From contig CBDATQ010000001.1 of the NCBI GenBank assembly GCA_965199955.1, forward strand, positions 1,088,001 to 1,152,000: 64,000 nucleotides of DNA, written 5' to 3'. Under the pieces are notes generated by a model that saw nothing but the letters and a program-made list of their open reading frames with translations, had not been told where the DNA came from and did no database searches. Below, piece after piece: positions 40,282-53,989 of the stretch (position 1 is the stretch's first letter; each line of letters opens with the position of its first letter). The stretch comes from Spirochaetia bacterium. Lineage in GTDB: Bacteria > Spirochaetota > Spirochaetia > SZUA-6 > Bin103. The translations under genes and the position numbers were made by a program.

Positions 40282-41589
40282 TCAGGTGCCCTGAGCGTAG
40301 TCGGTACGGTACGCCTGCTGCTCGGCGGTAAGCTCGTCGGTCTGGATGCCCATCGTTTGCAGCTTGATGGCGGCGATCTCCCGGTCCTGCTCTTCGGGCA
40401 CCGGGTACACGAGCGGCGACAGGGAGCTACCCTCCTTGGCCAATCGGATGAGGGACAGGAACTGATTGGCGAAAGACATGTCCATCACTTCGGGTGGATG
40501 GCCCTCGGCCGCGGCCAGGTTCACCAGCCGCCCTTGCGCCAGAATGTACAGGCGGCGGCCATCGCTGAGCATGTGCTCGCGATTGTTGCTCCGGACCTCC
40601 ACGGAACGCACGGTGAGCTCTGCCAGATCGTTCAGATTGATCTCGCAGTCGTAGTGACCGGCGTTGCAGACGATCGCGCCATCCTTCATTCGCTCGAAGT
40701 GCCGGCGGGTGATCACGTCGCGGATTCCCGTGGTCGTAACGAACACGTCGCCGACGGCGCTGGCCGTATCCATGGTCGACACGTTGAACCCCTCCAGCGT
40801 CGCCTTGAGGGCGGCGATCGGATCTACTTCGGTGACCACGACGTTCGCGCCGAGGCCGCGTGCGCGCTGGGCGACGCCACGCCCGCAATGACCGAAGCCG
40901 GCAACGACCAACTGCTTGCCGGCCAGGAGTACCGACGTGGCGCGCAAGACTCCATCGAGGGCCGACTGGCCGGTCCCGTAGACGTTGTCGAAATCCCACT
41001 TGGTAGTGGCATCGTTCACGGCGATGACGGGGTACTTGAGGGCGTGATCATCAGCCATGGCGCGGAGTCTGTGCACCCCCGTGGTGGTTTCCTCGGTGCC
41101 GCCGATGATGCCGGCGGTCAGTCCGTCCCCGGCAGCGTGCGCGCGAAAGATCAGGTCGGCACCGTCGTCGAGGGTCAGCGTCGGGCCGACCGCAAGCGTC
41201 TGGTCGATACACCAATAAAACTCGTCCGTGGATAGGCCGTGCCAGGCGTAGATCGGTACTCCTTCGGCCGCCAGCGCGCCTGCGACATCATCCTGAGTGG
41301 ACAAGGGATTGCAGCCCGACCAGGCGACCTCGGCTCCCGCGTCCCGCAGGGCGCGGATCAGGATCGCGGTTTCCTTGGTCACGTGCAGGCAGCCGGCTAT
41401 CCGCGTGCCGGCCAGCGGCTTCGAGTCGCGATGCAGCCGGCGGAGATGCTGAAGTACGGGCATGCGCGATTCCGCCCACCGGAGCTTGAGCGAACCTTGA
41501 TCGGCGAGCGCTGGATCCTTGATCTTGTATCCGGTCACGGGCGGTAGTTTAGCGGCTTGCCCGCCTGCGGTCGACAGACCATCGGCCAT
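40282..41589 (-). CDS. ahcY: Adenosylhomocysteinase
   Basis: GCLHVT, CNPLSTQD, EETTTG, FDNVYGTG, GHPPEVMDMSF. Confidence 0.97.
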   Translation of the reverse strand: MADGLSTAGGQAAKLPPVTGYKIKDPALADQGSLKLRWAESRMPVLQHLRRLHRDSKPLAGTRIAGCLHVTKETAILIRALRDAGAEVAWSGCNPLSTQDDVAGALAAEGVPIYAWHGLSTDEFYWCIDQTLAVGPTLTLDDGADLIFRAHAAGDGLTAGIIGGTEETTTGVHRLRAMADDHALKYPVIAVNDATTKWDFDNVYGTGQSALDGVLRATSVLLAGKQLVVAGFGHCGRGVAQRARGLGANVVVTEVDPIAALKATLEGFNVSTMDTASAVGDVFVTTTGIRDVITRRHFERMKDGAIVCNAGHYDCEINLNDLAELTVRSVEVRSNNREHMLSDGRRLYILAQGRLVNLAAAEGHPPEVMDMSFANQFLSLIRLAKEGSSLSPLVYPVPEEQDREIAAIKLQTMGIQTDELTAEQQAYRTDYAQGT

Positions 41590-41663
41590 CGGTCGCCCAA
41601 GGGCCGTTTCGCCCCGGCCGATGTGGCCGAGCTCCCGTCGGTCATTGTAAACTCGTTACCGGT

Positions 41664-42092
41664 ATGGCTGGGAGCGGCCTGTGGCGCGGTGTCGAGCGGG
41701 CTGTCAATCAAGGGCTCCGGGGCTCGCGCGACGCCTTGGACCGCGCCCGATCGAAAGCGCGGGAGCTCGGCGAGCGGGGTGCTCTCAGGCTCGACCTGCT
41801 GCAGCTCGAACGGCAGCGATCGCGGCTGCTCGAGGAGTTGGGACAGCTCATCCATGACCGCCTGGGCACACAGGGCCAAGCCACGGTGTCGCACGGCACC
41901 CCCGGGGTCAAGGACCTGATGGCTCAGATCGACGACTTGGCCGAACGGTGTGCGGCGAAGCGGCACGCGCTGGAGCAGCTCGCGATCCAGGGCATGGCCG
42001 GCGAGCCGCTGGCCGGGGAGCCGGGAGCCGATGACGAGAAAGATGAAAAAAAGGCTCCGAAGCCCTTGACGGAGCCAAGCGACGATGTATAA
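41664..42092 (+). CDS. Hypothetical coiled-coil protein
   Basis: 142-aa helical ORF divergent from ahcY. Confidence 0.6.
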   Translation: MAGSGLWRGVERAVNQGLRGSRDALDRARSKARELGERGALRLDLLQLERQRSRLLEELGQLIHDRLGTQGQATVSHGTPGVKDLMAQIDDLAERCAAKRHALEQLAIQGMAGEPLAGEPGADDEKDEKKAPKPLTEPSDDV

Positions 42093-42095
42093 ATT
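42066..42095 (+). promoter_or_regulatory. rRNA operon promoter TTGACG...TATAAATT
   Basis: AT-rich upstream tract, -35 at 42066-42071, -10 at about 42088-42095. Confidence 0.65.
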
Positions 42096-42188
42096 CCTTT
42101 TCTACGGTGCGCGTCGGTAGACGGGCTTCCGTGATGCGGATCTGGCGCCCTTGGCCGTTCGCGAGTGGGATCCCGATCGGATCCCAGC

Positions 42189-42200
42189 GGTTCTTTGACA
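42189..42200 (+). promoter_or_regulatory. boxA antitermination element in the rRNA leader
   Basis: GGTTCTTTGACA; second copy GGGTCTTTGACA at 44292-44303 in the spacer. Confidence 0.7.
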
Positions 42201-42276
42201 TCATAGGGATGGGGAGAGTGGGGTCCTCAAATGTAGATTCGTAGGACGGATGCTTTCGGGCGGAAGTCCTACTCAT

Positions 42277-43833
<1,557 letters not shown>

Positions 43834-44045
43834 TTCAAGAGTTCAGCGTCGGTGGCGGCCTCGGTTGGTCGGCGCCGGCCAGCGGGCGATCGTCGCCTGC
43901 TCCGGGCCCCGCTCTTCCCCAATCCCATTCGTTGTCACAGAAGCGCTCGGGCTTGAGTCGAGACAGGAGAACAATGCGCGCTCGCAGCACCCGTTGACCG
44001 GGGCTAGACGGCGCTCCGCCGCGTCGATTGCCCGTGCGGATCGGC

Positions 44046-44119
44046 GGGGGTATAGCTCAGGTGGATAGAGCGATGGCTTTGCAAGCCATAGGTCTGGGGT
44101 TCGAGTCCCCATGCCTCCA
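44046..44119 (+). tRNA. tRNA-Ala(TGC), CCA not encoded
   Basis: Cloverleaf with GGGGGTA/TGCCTCC acceptor stem (G3:U70), anticodon arm ATGGC-TT-TGC-AA-GCCAT, TTCGA T-loop. Confidence 0.97.
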
Positions 44120-44405
44120 CGGGTACGGATTCGACAGGTCGGATTCGGCCAGGGCCGACTCGACCGAGTCGGATTCGGAAGGGGGCCATGCCGGGTCGTT
44201 TCCCGTTCGAAGCGGACTCGATTCGGCCCGACGTACTGAAATTGAGACGATGACGGCGTTGAGCGGGGAACCGCTGACGCCTTGTGACGACGGGTCTTTG
44301 ACATCGGTGCGCAGGTTTATGCCCGCGCACCTCCGAAGCCGCAGCTGATCTGACGGGGTCTTTTTCAAGCGGCATCGGACACAGGGAAGGGGAGATGGGT
44401 GATAT

Positions 44406-47425
<3,020 letters not shown>

Positions 47426-47515
47426 ATATCACCTTTCTACCCTTCTCTGTGCGATGCCGTTCCGCTTCCCGAGGATTGGTGCGCGGTTTCAGGCCCACTG
47501 ATTTCGTACATGTGT

Positions 47516-47630
<115 letters not shown>

Positions 47631-47689
47631 TTTTTGTGCCCGCCCACCGGCGTAGCCCTGACCATTGGCCGGGGGAGGTGACGCGCCCC

Positions 47690-48490
47690 ATGGATTCCCG
47701 TGTAGTATGGCTGTGCTTGATCGATCTGGGCCCGTTGTACGGCGACGCGGATGTCGCGTTCGTGCTGCATGCGGTGGCGCCTGCGCACGCCGTGAGGGGC
47801 CGCCTCGGGGACGCGTTCCGTGAGGATCGGGAGATCCGGGACGGCATGCTGGTGTCCGACGCGCTCGCTGACGCGGTCATGCAGACCGAGGAACCGCTGC
47901 TCCGCGTCTCCCCCATGCTGTTCTTCTCGATGCAGGTCGCGCGGGTTCGGCGCGACCTGACGTCACATCGGTTCACGGTCGAGGCGTCAGGCGGACATAC
48001 GGCGGTGGTGTTCGATGCCGCGGCCGCGCTCGCGTTGCTGTGCAAACCGCACGTGTTCGACTACCTGGTATTTCTGCTCGTCTCATTCGTGCAGGTGCGC
48101 TCGGTTACGCTTGCGGTGGCCGACGACCGTGGGCGCCGGAGGATGCCGCGGTTCGACACGCTGGACCTGGACAGCATGATCCAGGCGGCGGCGCTGGCGG
48201 CGGAGCCGGGGCGGTTTTCAGCGTACCAGCGCGTCGCGGATCTGTGCCTGTTCACGATTGGTGTTTTCCCGGAGCGGATACGGGCGCAAGGTGGCCGCAG
48301 CGCCGCGTGGATCGAGCACGGGTCGCGCTTCTATCGCCTGGCATCCCGCCATCAGACCGCGCACGAGCTGCAGATGGAGAACGTCCTGGCGGAGCTCGGC
48401 ACCAACTTCAACTTGGCGGCGAAGCCGCTCAACGTGCTGTCCGACCGCTACCTGTGGCACGGCGCCCGGCGCATGCCGTTCGTGCCGTAG
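47690..48490 (+). CDS. Hypothetical protein
   Basis: GGAGG SD; helical protein with VADLCLFTIGVFPE; no function recognised. Confidence 0.7.
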   Translation: MDSRVVWLCLIDLGPLYGDADVAFVLHAVAPAHAVRGRLGDAFREDREIRDGMLVSDALADAVMQTEEPLLRVSPMLFFSMQVARVRRDLTSHRFTVEASGGHTAVVFDAAAALALLCKPHVFDYLVFLLVSFVQVRSVTLAVADDRGRRRMPRFDTLDLDSMIQAAALAAEPGRFSAYQRVADLCLFTIGVFPERIRAQGGRSAAWIEHGSRFYRLASRHQTAHELQMENVLAELGTNFNLAAKPLNVLSDRYLWHGARRMPFVP

Positions 48491-48499
48491 ATCGTCGCC

Positions 48500-49594
48500 A
48501 TGGCGCTGCTGCTCGCCTATCTGGCGTTCACGCTGGTCTTCTCGTTCCTCTGCTCGGTGCTGGAGGCGGTCATCCTGAGCGTGACACCCAGCTACGTGGC
48601 CGCCCTGAAGCGCGTGGGGCGGCGCACCGGACTGCTGCTGGATCGGCTCAAGGAGGACATAGACCGGCCGCTCGCCGCGATTCTCACCCTGAACACCGTC
48701 GCCAACACGGCGGGCGCAACGCTCGTGGGAAACCGGGCGGGTGCGGTCTTCGAGAATCTGTGGGTGGGACTCGTCACGGGGGGGTTGACGTTCTCGGTGC
48801 TCCTCTTCTCTGAGATCATCCCGAAGACGCTCGGCGCCACCTACTGGCGCGGCTTGGCAGCACCGGCGGCGTGGACGATACAGGGGCTGATCGTCGGCCT
48901 GTACCCGATGGTGGCGTTCGCCAACCGCATCGCCGCGCTGATAGCCCGCGGCCAGCCCGCCGCCCGCGTCAGCCGCAGCGAGATCCGCGCCATCGCCGAC
49001 CTTGGCCATACCGAGGGCGTCATCGCGGCGGACGAGTCGCGCATCATCGAGAGCGTGATACAGTCCGGAGCGCTTGCTGTCAGGGGCGCCATGACGCCGC
49101 GCACAGTGGTAGTGGCGCTCGACGAGTCGCTGACGCTCGCCGAGGTGGCGGAGGCCGATCTGCGGCACTCGCGGATACCGATCTACCGGGGCAGCGTCGA
49201 CTCGGTCACGGGGTACGTCCTGCGCTACGAATTGCTGCTGGCCGTCGCCCGTGGGGAGGGCCAGCGCACCGTGGAGTCGCTCCGCCGGGACATCCTGCCG
49301 CTTCCGGACACAACGTCGCTTCGCCACTCGTTCTCGCGGATGCTGAGCCGTCACGAGCACATCGCGCTGATCGTGGATCAGTACGGGGGGACAGCCGGGA
49401 TCGTCACCGTGGAAGATATCGTCGAGACACTGCTGGGACTGGAGATCGTCGACGAGACCGATCGCGCGACCGACATGCAGGAGCTGGCACGCCGACGGTG
49501 GGCCGGGCGTGTGCGGCGGCGCGGCCTTGCGGTCGAGGGGGGCGCGTCGACGGCCCCCGCGGATGAACCGACCTCCGACGACGGTGGGCGATGA
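48500..49594 (+). CDS. CNNM/DUF21-CBS (hemolysin/CorC-like) membrane protein
   Basis: SFLCSVLEA, SEIIPK, MTPR, HSRIPIY, GIVTVEDIVE. Confidence 0.93.
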   Translation: MALLLAYLAFTLVFSFLCSVLEAVILSVTPSYVAALKRVGRRTGLLLDRLKEDIDRPLAAILTLNTVANTAGATLVGNRAGAVFENLWVGLVTGGLTFSVLLFSEIIPKTLGATYWRGLAAPAAWTIQGLIVGLYPMVAFANRIAALIARGQPAARVSRSEIRAIADLGHTEGVIAADESRIIESVIQSGALAVRGAMTPRTVVVALDESLTLAEVAEADLRHSRIPIYRGSVDSVTGYVLRYELLLAVARGEGQRTVESLRRDILPLPDTTSLRHSFSRMLSRHEHIALIVDQYGGTAGIVTVEDIVETLLGLEIVDETDRATDMQELARRRWAGRVRRRGLAVEGGASTAPADEPTSDDGGR

Positions 49595-49704
49595 GCGTGG
49601 CGATGCACCGGGAGAAACGGGCCGGCGGCAGGCATATGCGCCCGTCTTACTTTGAATGGCAAAGAACTTGATGCTGCCCCCAATCAGTGTCACATTGTGC
49701 CGTG

Positions 49705-50057
49705 ATGACCACGCCGATTGCGATGGAACAGCACGCGGCGGACGAGTTGCGCTTCATCCGAACGACGATTTCACGTTCGTGCCGCCGCTGGCCGTCGGCG
49801 CGCTGCTCACCGGAGCTCTCGCCGCGGCCGGCGCACACCTGCTGATGCCCGGCTCATGGCTCAGCCTGTACGGCATCGCCACCCTCACCGGAGGAGCATT
49901 CTCCGTGCGGAGCGTGTCGGTCATGGGGACCGGGTTTCTGCTGCTCGGCGCCACCGCCCTTCTTTACCCGGTGGCTGGTCCGGCGCTGATGGTGTGCGGC
50001 TTCGGCGTGCTGCACGTGGCGTTCGGCGTCCACATCGCCCATCGACATGGCGGCTGA
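49705..50057 (+). pseudogene. Membrane protein gene with probable internal deletion and frameshift
   Basis: MTTPIAMEQHAADELRFIRTTI from ATG 49705 switches frame near 49770 into hydrophobic FTFVPPLAVG...GFGVLHVAFG. Confidence 0.6.
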
Positions 50058-50523
50058 CCGCGCGTTCGCCGCTGACCGTGCCATGACCGCTCCCGCCGAC
50101 GCCCTCCGGTCGCGCGACCTGGCGCAGGGGCTGGCCGCCACCGCGAGGACATTTGATGCGGTGGTGCACGAGCGCACCCGGCTGGCAATCCTCAGCGCGC
50201 TGTCCGCCGCCCGCTCCATGAGCTTTCGGGAGTTGAAGTCGCTGCTCGGCGTCACCGACGGCAACCTCAGCGTGCATGCCCGCAAGCTGGAGGACGCCGG
50301 CTACATCGCGGTGCGCAAGGGGTTCCGCGGGCGTCAGCCCCGAACCACGTTCGCACTGACGCCAGAGGGTCGCCAGGCGCTCGAGGCGTACGTCAGGCAC
50401 ATGGAGGCACTGATCTCGGCGATCGGCCGGATCGGCCGTGGTCCTTCGGATGGTCCGGATGCCGGGGCTGGAGACGACCCGGCCCCGCACCCGCTCCCTG
50501 CCGGCGCAATGGGAAGGTCGTGA
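50047..50523 (+). CDS. Winged-helix transcriptional regulator (ArsR/MarR-like)
   Basis: [37 protein letters not shown]; alternative start 50083. Confidence 0.9.
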   Translation: MAADRAFAADRAMTAPADALRSRDLAQGLAATARTFDAVVHERTRLAILSALSAARSMSFRELKSLLGVTDGNLSVHARKLEDAGYIAVRKGFRGRQPRTTFALTPEGRQALEAYVRHMEALISAIGRIGRGPSDGPDAGAGDDPAPHPLPAGAMGRS

Positions 50524-51377
50524 TGCCGGGCCGCCAGGACGGGACGGTGAATGGTCAACGGCATGCCAACGGGGCCGGGGGCGGCGGCCCCAGGCACGTG
50601 GGCATCATCATGGACGGCAATGGGCGCTGGGCGCAGGCCCGGTCCCTGTCCCGATATGACGGGTACCGGGCCGGTACCGACGCGGTGCGCGAGACGGTGG
50701 AGTCCGCTGCCGATCTCGGAGTCGATGTGCTGACCCTGTACGCGTTCTCGTCCGACAACTGGCGCCGTCCGTCCGCCGAGGTGCATCTCCTGTTGTCCCT
50801 GTTTCAGTGGTACCTGCAGCGCGAGACCAGCAACTGCGTCCGGCAGGGAGTACGTGTTTCGTTCATCGGCCGCCGCGATCGTTTCCCCATGGCGCTGCAA
50901 CGCGAGATCGAGCGTAGCGAGTCCGCGACACGCGACTGCGCTCGGTTGCTCCTGCGCATCGCGGCCGACTACTCGGCTCGCGATGCGATCCTGTCCGCCG
51001 CCGCGTTGCTCGCCGCCGGCGACACGCCGACACGGCCCGACTTTGCCCGCATGCTGACGGGCGGCGACGGCGCACTGGGCGAGGTCGACCTGATCGTACG
51101 GACCGGCGGCGAGCAGCGGCTGAGCGACTTTCTGCTCTGGGAGGCCGCTTATGCGGAGCTCGTCTTCACGCCTACGCTGTGGCCGGATTTCAAGCGGGCC
51201 GATCTGGCGGATGCCGTGGACGAATTTCGCAGGCGGGAGCGGCGTTTCGGCGGGGTCGTGCCGTGTCGGCATGCGCCTTCGGGTCGACGGAAGCGCGAGC
51301 AAGCGGTAGGCTGGCAGCCAGCAGAGCATCCGGGGAAAGAGATGGTCGCCGGCGCGAGCCAGCTCTCCCCAGAGTGA
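50520..51377 (+). CDS. uppS: Polyprenyl (undecaprenyl) diphosphate synthase
   Basis: [35 protein letters not shown]. Confidence 0.93.
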   Translation: MMPGRQDGTVNGQRHANGAGGGGPRHVGIIMDGNGRWAQARSLSRYDGYRAGTDAVRETVESAADLGVDVLTLYAFSSDNWRRPSAEVHLLLSLFQWYLQRETSNCVRQGVRVSFIGRRDRFPMALQREIERSESATRDCARLLLRIAADYSARDAILSAAALLAAGDTPTRPDFARMLTGGDGALGEVDLIVRTGGEQRLSDFLLWEAAYAELVFTPTLWPDFKRADLADAVDEFRRRERRFGGVVPCRHAPSGRRKREQAVGWQPAEHPGKEMVAGASQLSPE

Positions 51378-51385
51378 GGTAATCC

Positions 51386-51805
51386 ATGCCATACGACCCC
51401 GTGTTGGTGCAGCCCATGCGTGACGAGCTCGCGCGCATCGGCGTCACCGAGCTGATCGTTCCCGAAGACGTTGACCGGTTCATGGAGACCACGGACGGAA
51501 CCGCGTTCCTGGTGGTGAACTCGGTGTGCGGATGCGCCGCGGGCAGTGCCCGGCCGGCGGTGGCATTGGCGCTGCAGCAGGACCCCAAGCCGCAGCGTGT
51601 CGGGACCGTGTTCGCAGGACAGGATCTGGACGCGACCGAGCGGGCGCGCAGCTACTTTGCCGACTATCCGCCTTCAAGCCCTTCGTTCGCGCTGTTCCGC
51701 GACGGCGAGCTGGTGCACCTGTTCCCCCGGCATCGCATCGAAGGGCGCGACCCGCGGTCCATTGCCGCCGACCTGAGAGAGGTGTTCGACTGTCATTGCG
51801 ACTGA
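51386..51805 (+). CDS. BrxA/BrxB-family bacilliredoxin
   Basis: [27 protein letters not shown]. Confidence 0.92.
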   Translation: MPYDPVLVQPMRDELARIGVTELIVPEDVDRFMETTDGTAFLVVNSVCGCAAGSARPAVALALQQDPKPQRVGTVFAGQDLDATERARSYFADYPPSSPSFALFRDGELVHLFPRHRIEGRDPRSIAADLREVFDCHCD

Positions 51806-51819
51806 GCTGGTCGAATGCC

Positions 51820-52143
51820 ATGTCGGATGGAGGAGATCCCGGGGTGGGTGAGCGGCAATCGTTCGCGGCGCTCGGGCACCGGCACCTCGGCGAGTTGCAT
51901 GGGATCACGGTCGTGGTCGATACCGACGGGCCGGTGTACGTCGGCCGCTTCTTCGAGGAACGTGATGGCTCCCTGCTGCTGCTGGACGCCGCATCGCACG
52001 AGGAAGGCGCCGGCGGTGTCACGAAAGCGGCCTACCTTGCCAGAGCGGCCGAGTACGGCGTCTGGAAGCAGTATCCCAGCGTATCCGTGCCGCGATCCAG
52101 CGTGACTGCGATATGTCCCCTGGCCGACATCGGCACGCCGTGA
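51820..52143 (+). CDS. Small hypothetical beta-rich protein
   Basis: ATG 51820 right after the bacilliredoxin; [10 protein letters not shown]...VYVGRF. Confidence 0.65.
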   Translation: MSDGGDPGVGERQSFAALGHRHLGELHGITVVVDTDGPVYVGRFFEERDGSLLLLDAASHEEGAGGVTKAAYLARAAEYGVWKQYPSVSVPRSSVTAICPLADIGTP

Positions 52144-52168
52144 CCGGCGCCCGAACCCGCGCCAGCGC

Positions 52169-52197
52169 TTGAACCGATCCGCGGCTGGCCCTACCTT
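52169..52197 (+). promoter_or_regulatory. Putative sigma70 promoter TTGAAC-N17-TACCTT
   Basis: Immediately upstream of ATG 52211. Confidence 0.5.
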
Positions 52198-52210
52198 GGT
52201 ATAGGGTCTC

Positions 52211-52837
52211 ATGGGTTCGAATGCTGGCCGGCAGCCCGCCCTCCTCGCGGTCACGCTGACGGCGTTGCTGTCGCTTGCGGGCTGTGATCGAGAGGTCGAG
52301 GTCCGCACCTACCGAGAAGTGACCGTAGCGCCGACGCCGGTCGGTGCGCTGTTCGACTCGACCGGCGGCGAGACCGGCTCGGGTAACGGAAGCGAGAGCT
52401 GGCGGTGGGTCGCTCCGACCGGCTGGAACGAACTGCCGGGAGACGGGCTTCGCTTGGCCCGGTTCGGGCTGCCGGGAGGCGGGGAGGGTAACGTGGTGGT
52501 GCTGGCAGGCGACGCCGGCGGCGTGGAAGCCAACGTGCGCCGCTGGCTCACGCAGCTCGGGCTGGACCTGCCGCACGAACGGGTGCGGGCACTCCTCGGC
52601 GATGCGGTGTCCGTTCGGGGTGATCTCGACTTCACCGTGTTCGACTTCACGTCGCTGGTCGCCGGCCGCGACAACACGGCATTTCTGACGGCGATCGCCT
52701 CGGTGGGCGGGCAAACCATGTTCGTCAAGGCCGAGGCGCCGGCCGGAGTCCTGATCGAGCAGCGCTCCTCCTTCGTGGACCTCCTGAACTCGCTCGGTCC
52801 TCGTTCGTCCGGTAGCGGATACGGCGACCAGGGATAG
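52211..52837 (+). CDS. Hypothetical lipoprotein
   Basis: Hydrophobic signal with LAGC lipobox; GGVEANVRRW motif. Confidence 0.75.
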   Translation: MGSNAGRQPALLAVTLTALLSLAGCDREVEVRTYREVTVAPTPVGALFDSTGGETGSGNGSESWRWVAPTGWNELPGDGLRLARFGLPGGGEGNVVVLAGDAGGVEANVRRWLTQLGLDLPHERVRALLGDAVSVRGDLDFTVFDFTSLVAGRDNTAFLTAIASVGGQTMFVKAEAPAGVLIEQRSSFVDLLNSLGPRSSGSGYGDQG

Positions 52838-52843
52838 GGACCG

Positions 52844-53989
52844 ATGTGGGTTCAGGCGATGAGGCGCAGCCCGCTGGTGCGGATCGCGATCGACCTGCGC
52901 GTTACGGTGATCTGCTTGGCGTTGCTGTTTCTGCTGACGCTGCTGGGCACGTTCCATCAGGTGTCGCACGGTCTGTACGACGCCCAGCAGCGCTACTTCG
53001 GAGCCTGGATCACGTTGGTCGGGGGCATCGTGCCGCTGCCCGGCGCGCAGCTCGTGCTGTGGGTTCTGTTCGTCAACCTGGTGGCGGTGACCGCCGTCCG
53101 ATTCGTGTACCGGTGGTCGCGGGTGGGAATCCTGATCATTCACCTCGGCATGTTCGTGATGTTCTTCGGCATGTTCTTCGTGTCCTACTTCGCGCAGGAG
53201 TCGTTCCTGCGGCTGCAGGAGGGGGAGTGGCGCAACACCAGCGAGGACTATCACGAGTGGGAGGTGGCGGCCTGGCGTGAAGGGACCGATGCGCGCGACG
53301 TCAGCGCGGTCGACCTCGGGCGGCTGGCTCCCGGCGATCGGGTCGCCCTGCCGGAACTGAGCCTGACCATACTGGTGGAGGAGAACCACGCGAGCGCGGA
53401 CGCCTACCTGGCGCCGGAAGGCCAGAGCAGCCCGTTCGTGAACGCCCGCGGCATCGCCGACCTCAGGCCACGCCGCCGTTCGGTTCGCCCGGAGGAGAAC
53501 CAGCCGGGCGTGATCCTGCAGGTCTCGAGCCGCTCGGAAGGCGCTGCGGTGGCGCTGTGGGCGCTGGACCCGACGCCGACCAGCGTGACGCTGGATGGCC
53601 AACGGTACGGCTTCTCCCTGCGCCGAACGCGCTACGTGCTGCCGGCGCTCATAGGGCTGGAGGACTTCCGCGCCGAGTTCCATCCGGGCACCGACACGCC
53701 CCGGTCGTTCGAGAGCGACGTGGTCCTCGAAGCGCCCGGCACACGGCGGCCGGTGCGCATCTCGATGAACAAGCCGCTACGGGTCAGCGGATTCACCTTC
53801 TATCAGGCTTCTTACGAGTTCGACGCCACCGGCGCTGCCTACTCGACCCTGGCGGTGGTTCGCAACCGCGGCCGCCTGGTGCCGTACGTGGCCACCGCGG
53901 TCATCGGCCTGGGGCTGATCGTGCACTTCGTGCAGACCCTCGTCCGTCCCGGACGCCGGCGGCCCTCCGCCGTCGAGGAGGCTTCATGA
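52844..53989 (+). CDS. resB: Cytochrome c biogenesis protein, ResB/CcsB-like
   Basis: N-terminal TMs, IIHLG His, ISMNKPL...FYQAS, C-terminal TM. Confidence 0.82.
   Translation: MWVQAMRRSPLVRIAIDLRVTVICLALLFLLTLLGTFHQVSHGLYDAQQRYFGAWITLVGGIVPLPGAQLVLWVLFVNLVAVTAVRFVYRWSRVGILIIHLGMFVMFFGMFFVSYFAQESFLRLQEGEWRNTSEDYHEWEVAAWREGTDARDVSAVDLGRLAPGDRVALPELSLTILVEENHASADAYLAPEGQSSPFVNARGIADLRPRRRSVRPEENQPGVILQVSSRSEGAAVALWALDPTPTSVTLDGQRYGFSLRRTRYVLPALIGLEDFRAEFHPGTDTPRSFESDVVLEAPGTRRPVRISMNKPLRVSGFTFYQASYEFDATGAAYSTLAVVRNRGRLVPYVATAVIGLGLIVHFVQTLVRPGRRRPSAVEEAS

Noticed and set aside
41590..41663. SAH or SAM riboswitch upstream of ahcY
   Set aside because: The gap is short and lacks recognisable consensus elements.
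44121..44145. GGATTCGAC resembling a tmRNA 5' end (also GATTCGAC near 4351)
   Set aside because: No tmRNA acceptor stem, tag reading frame or 3' T-arm/CCA, and too little space.
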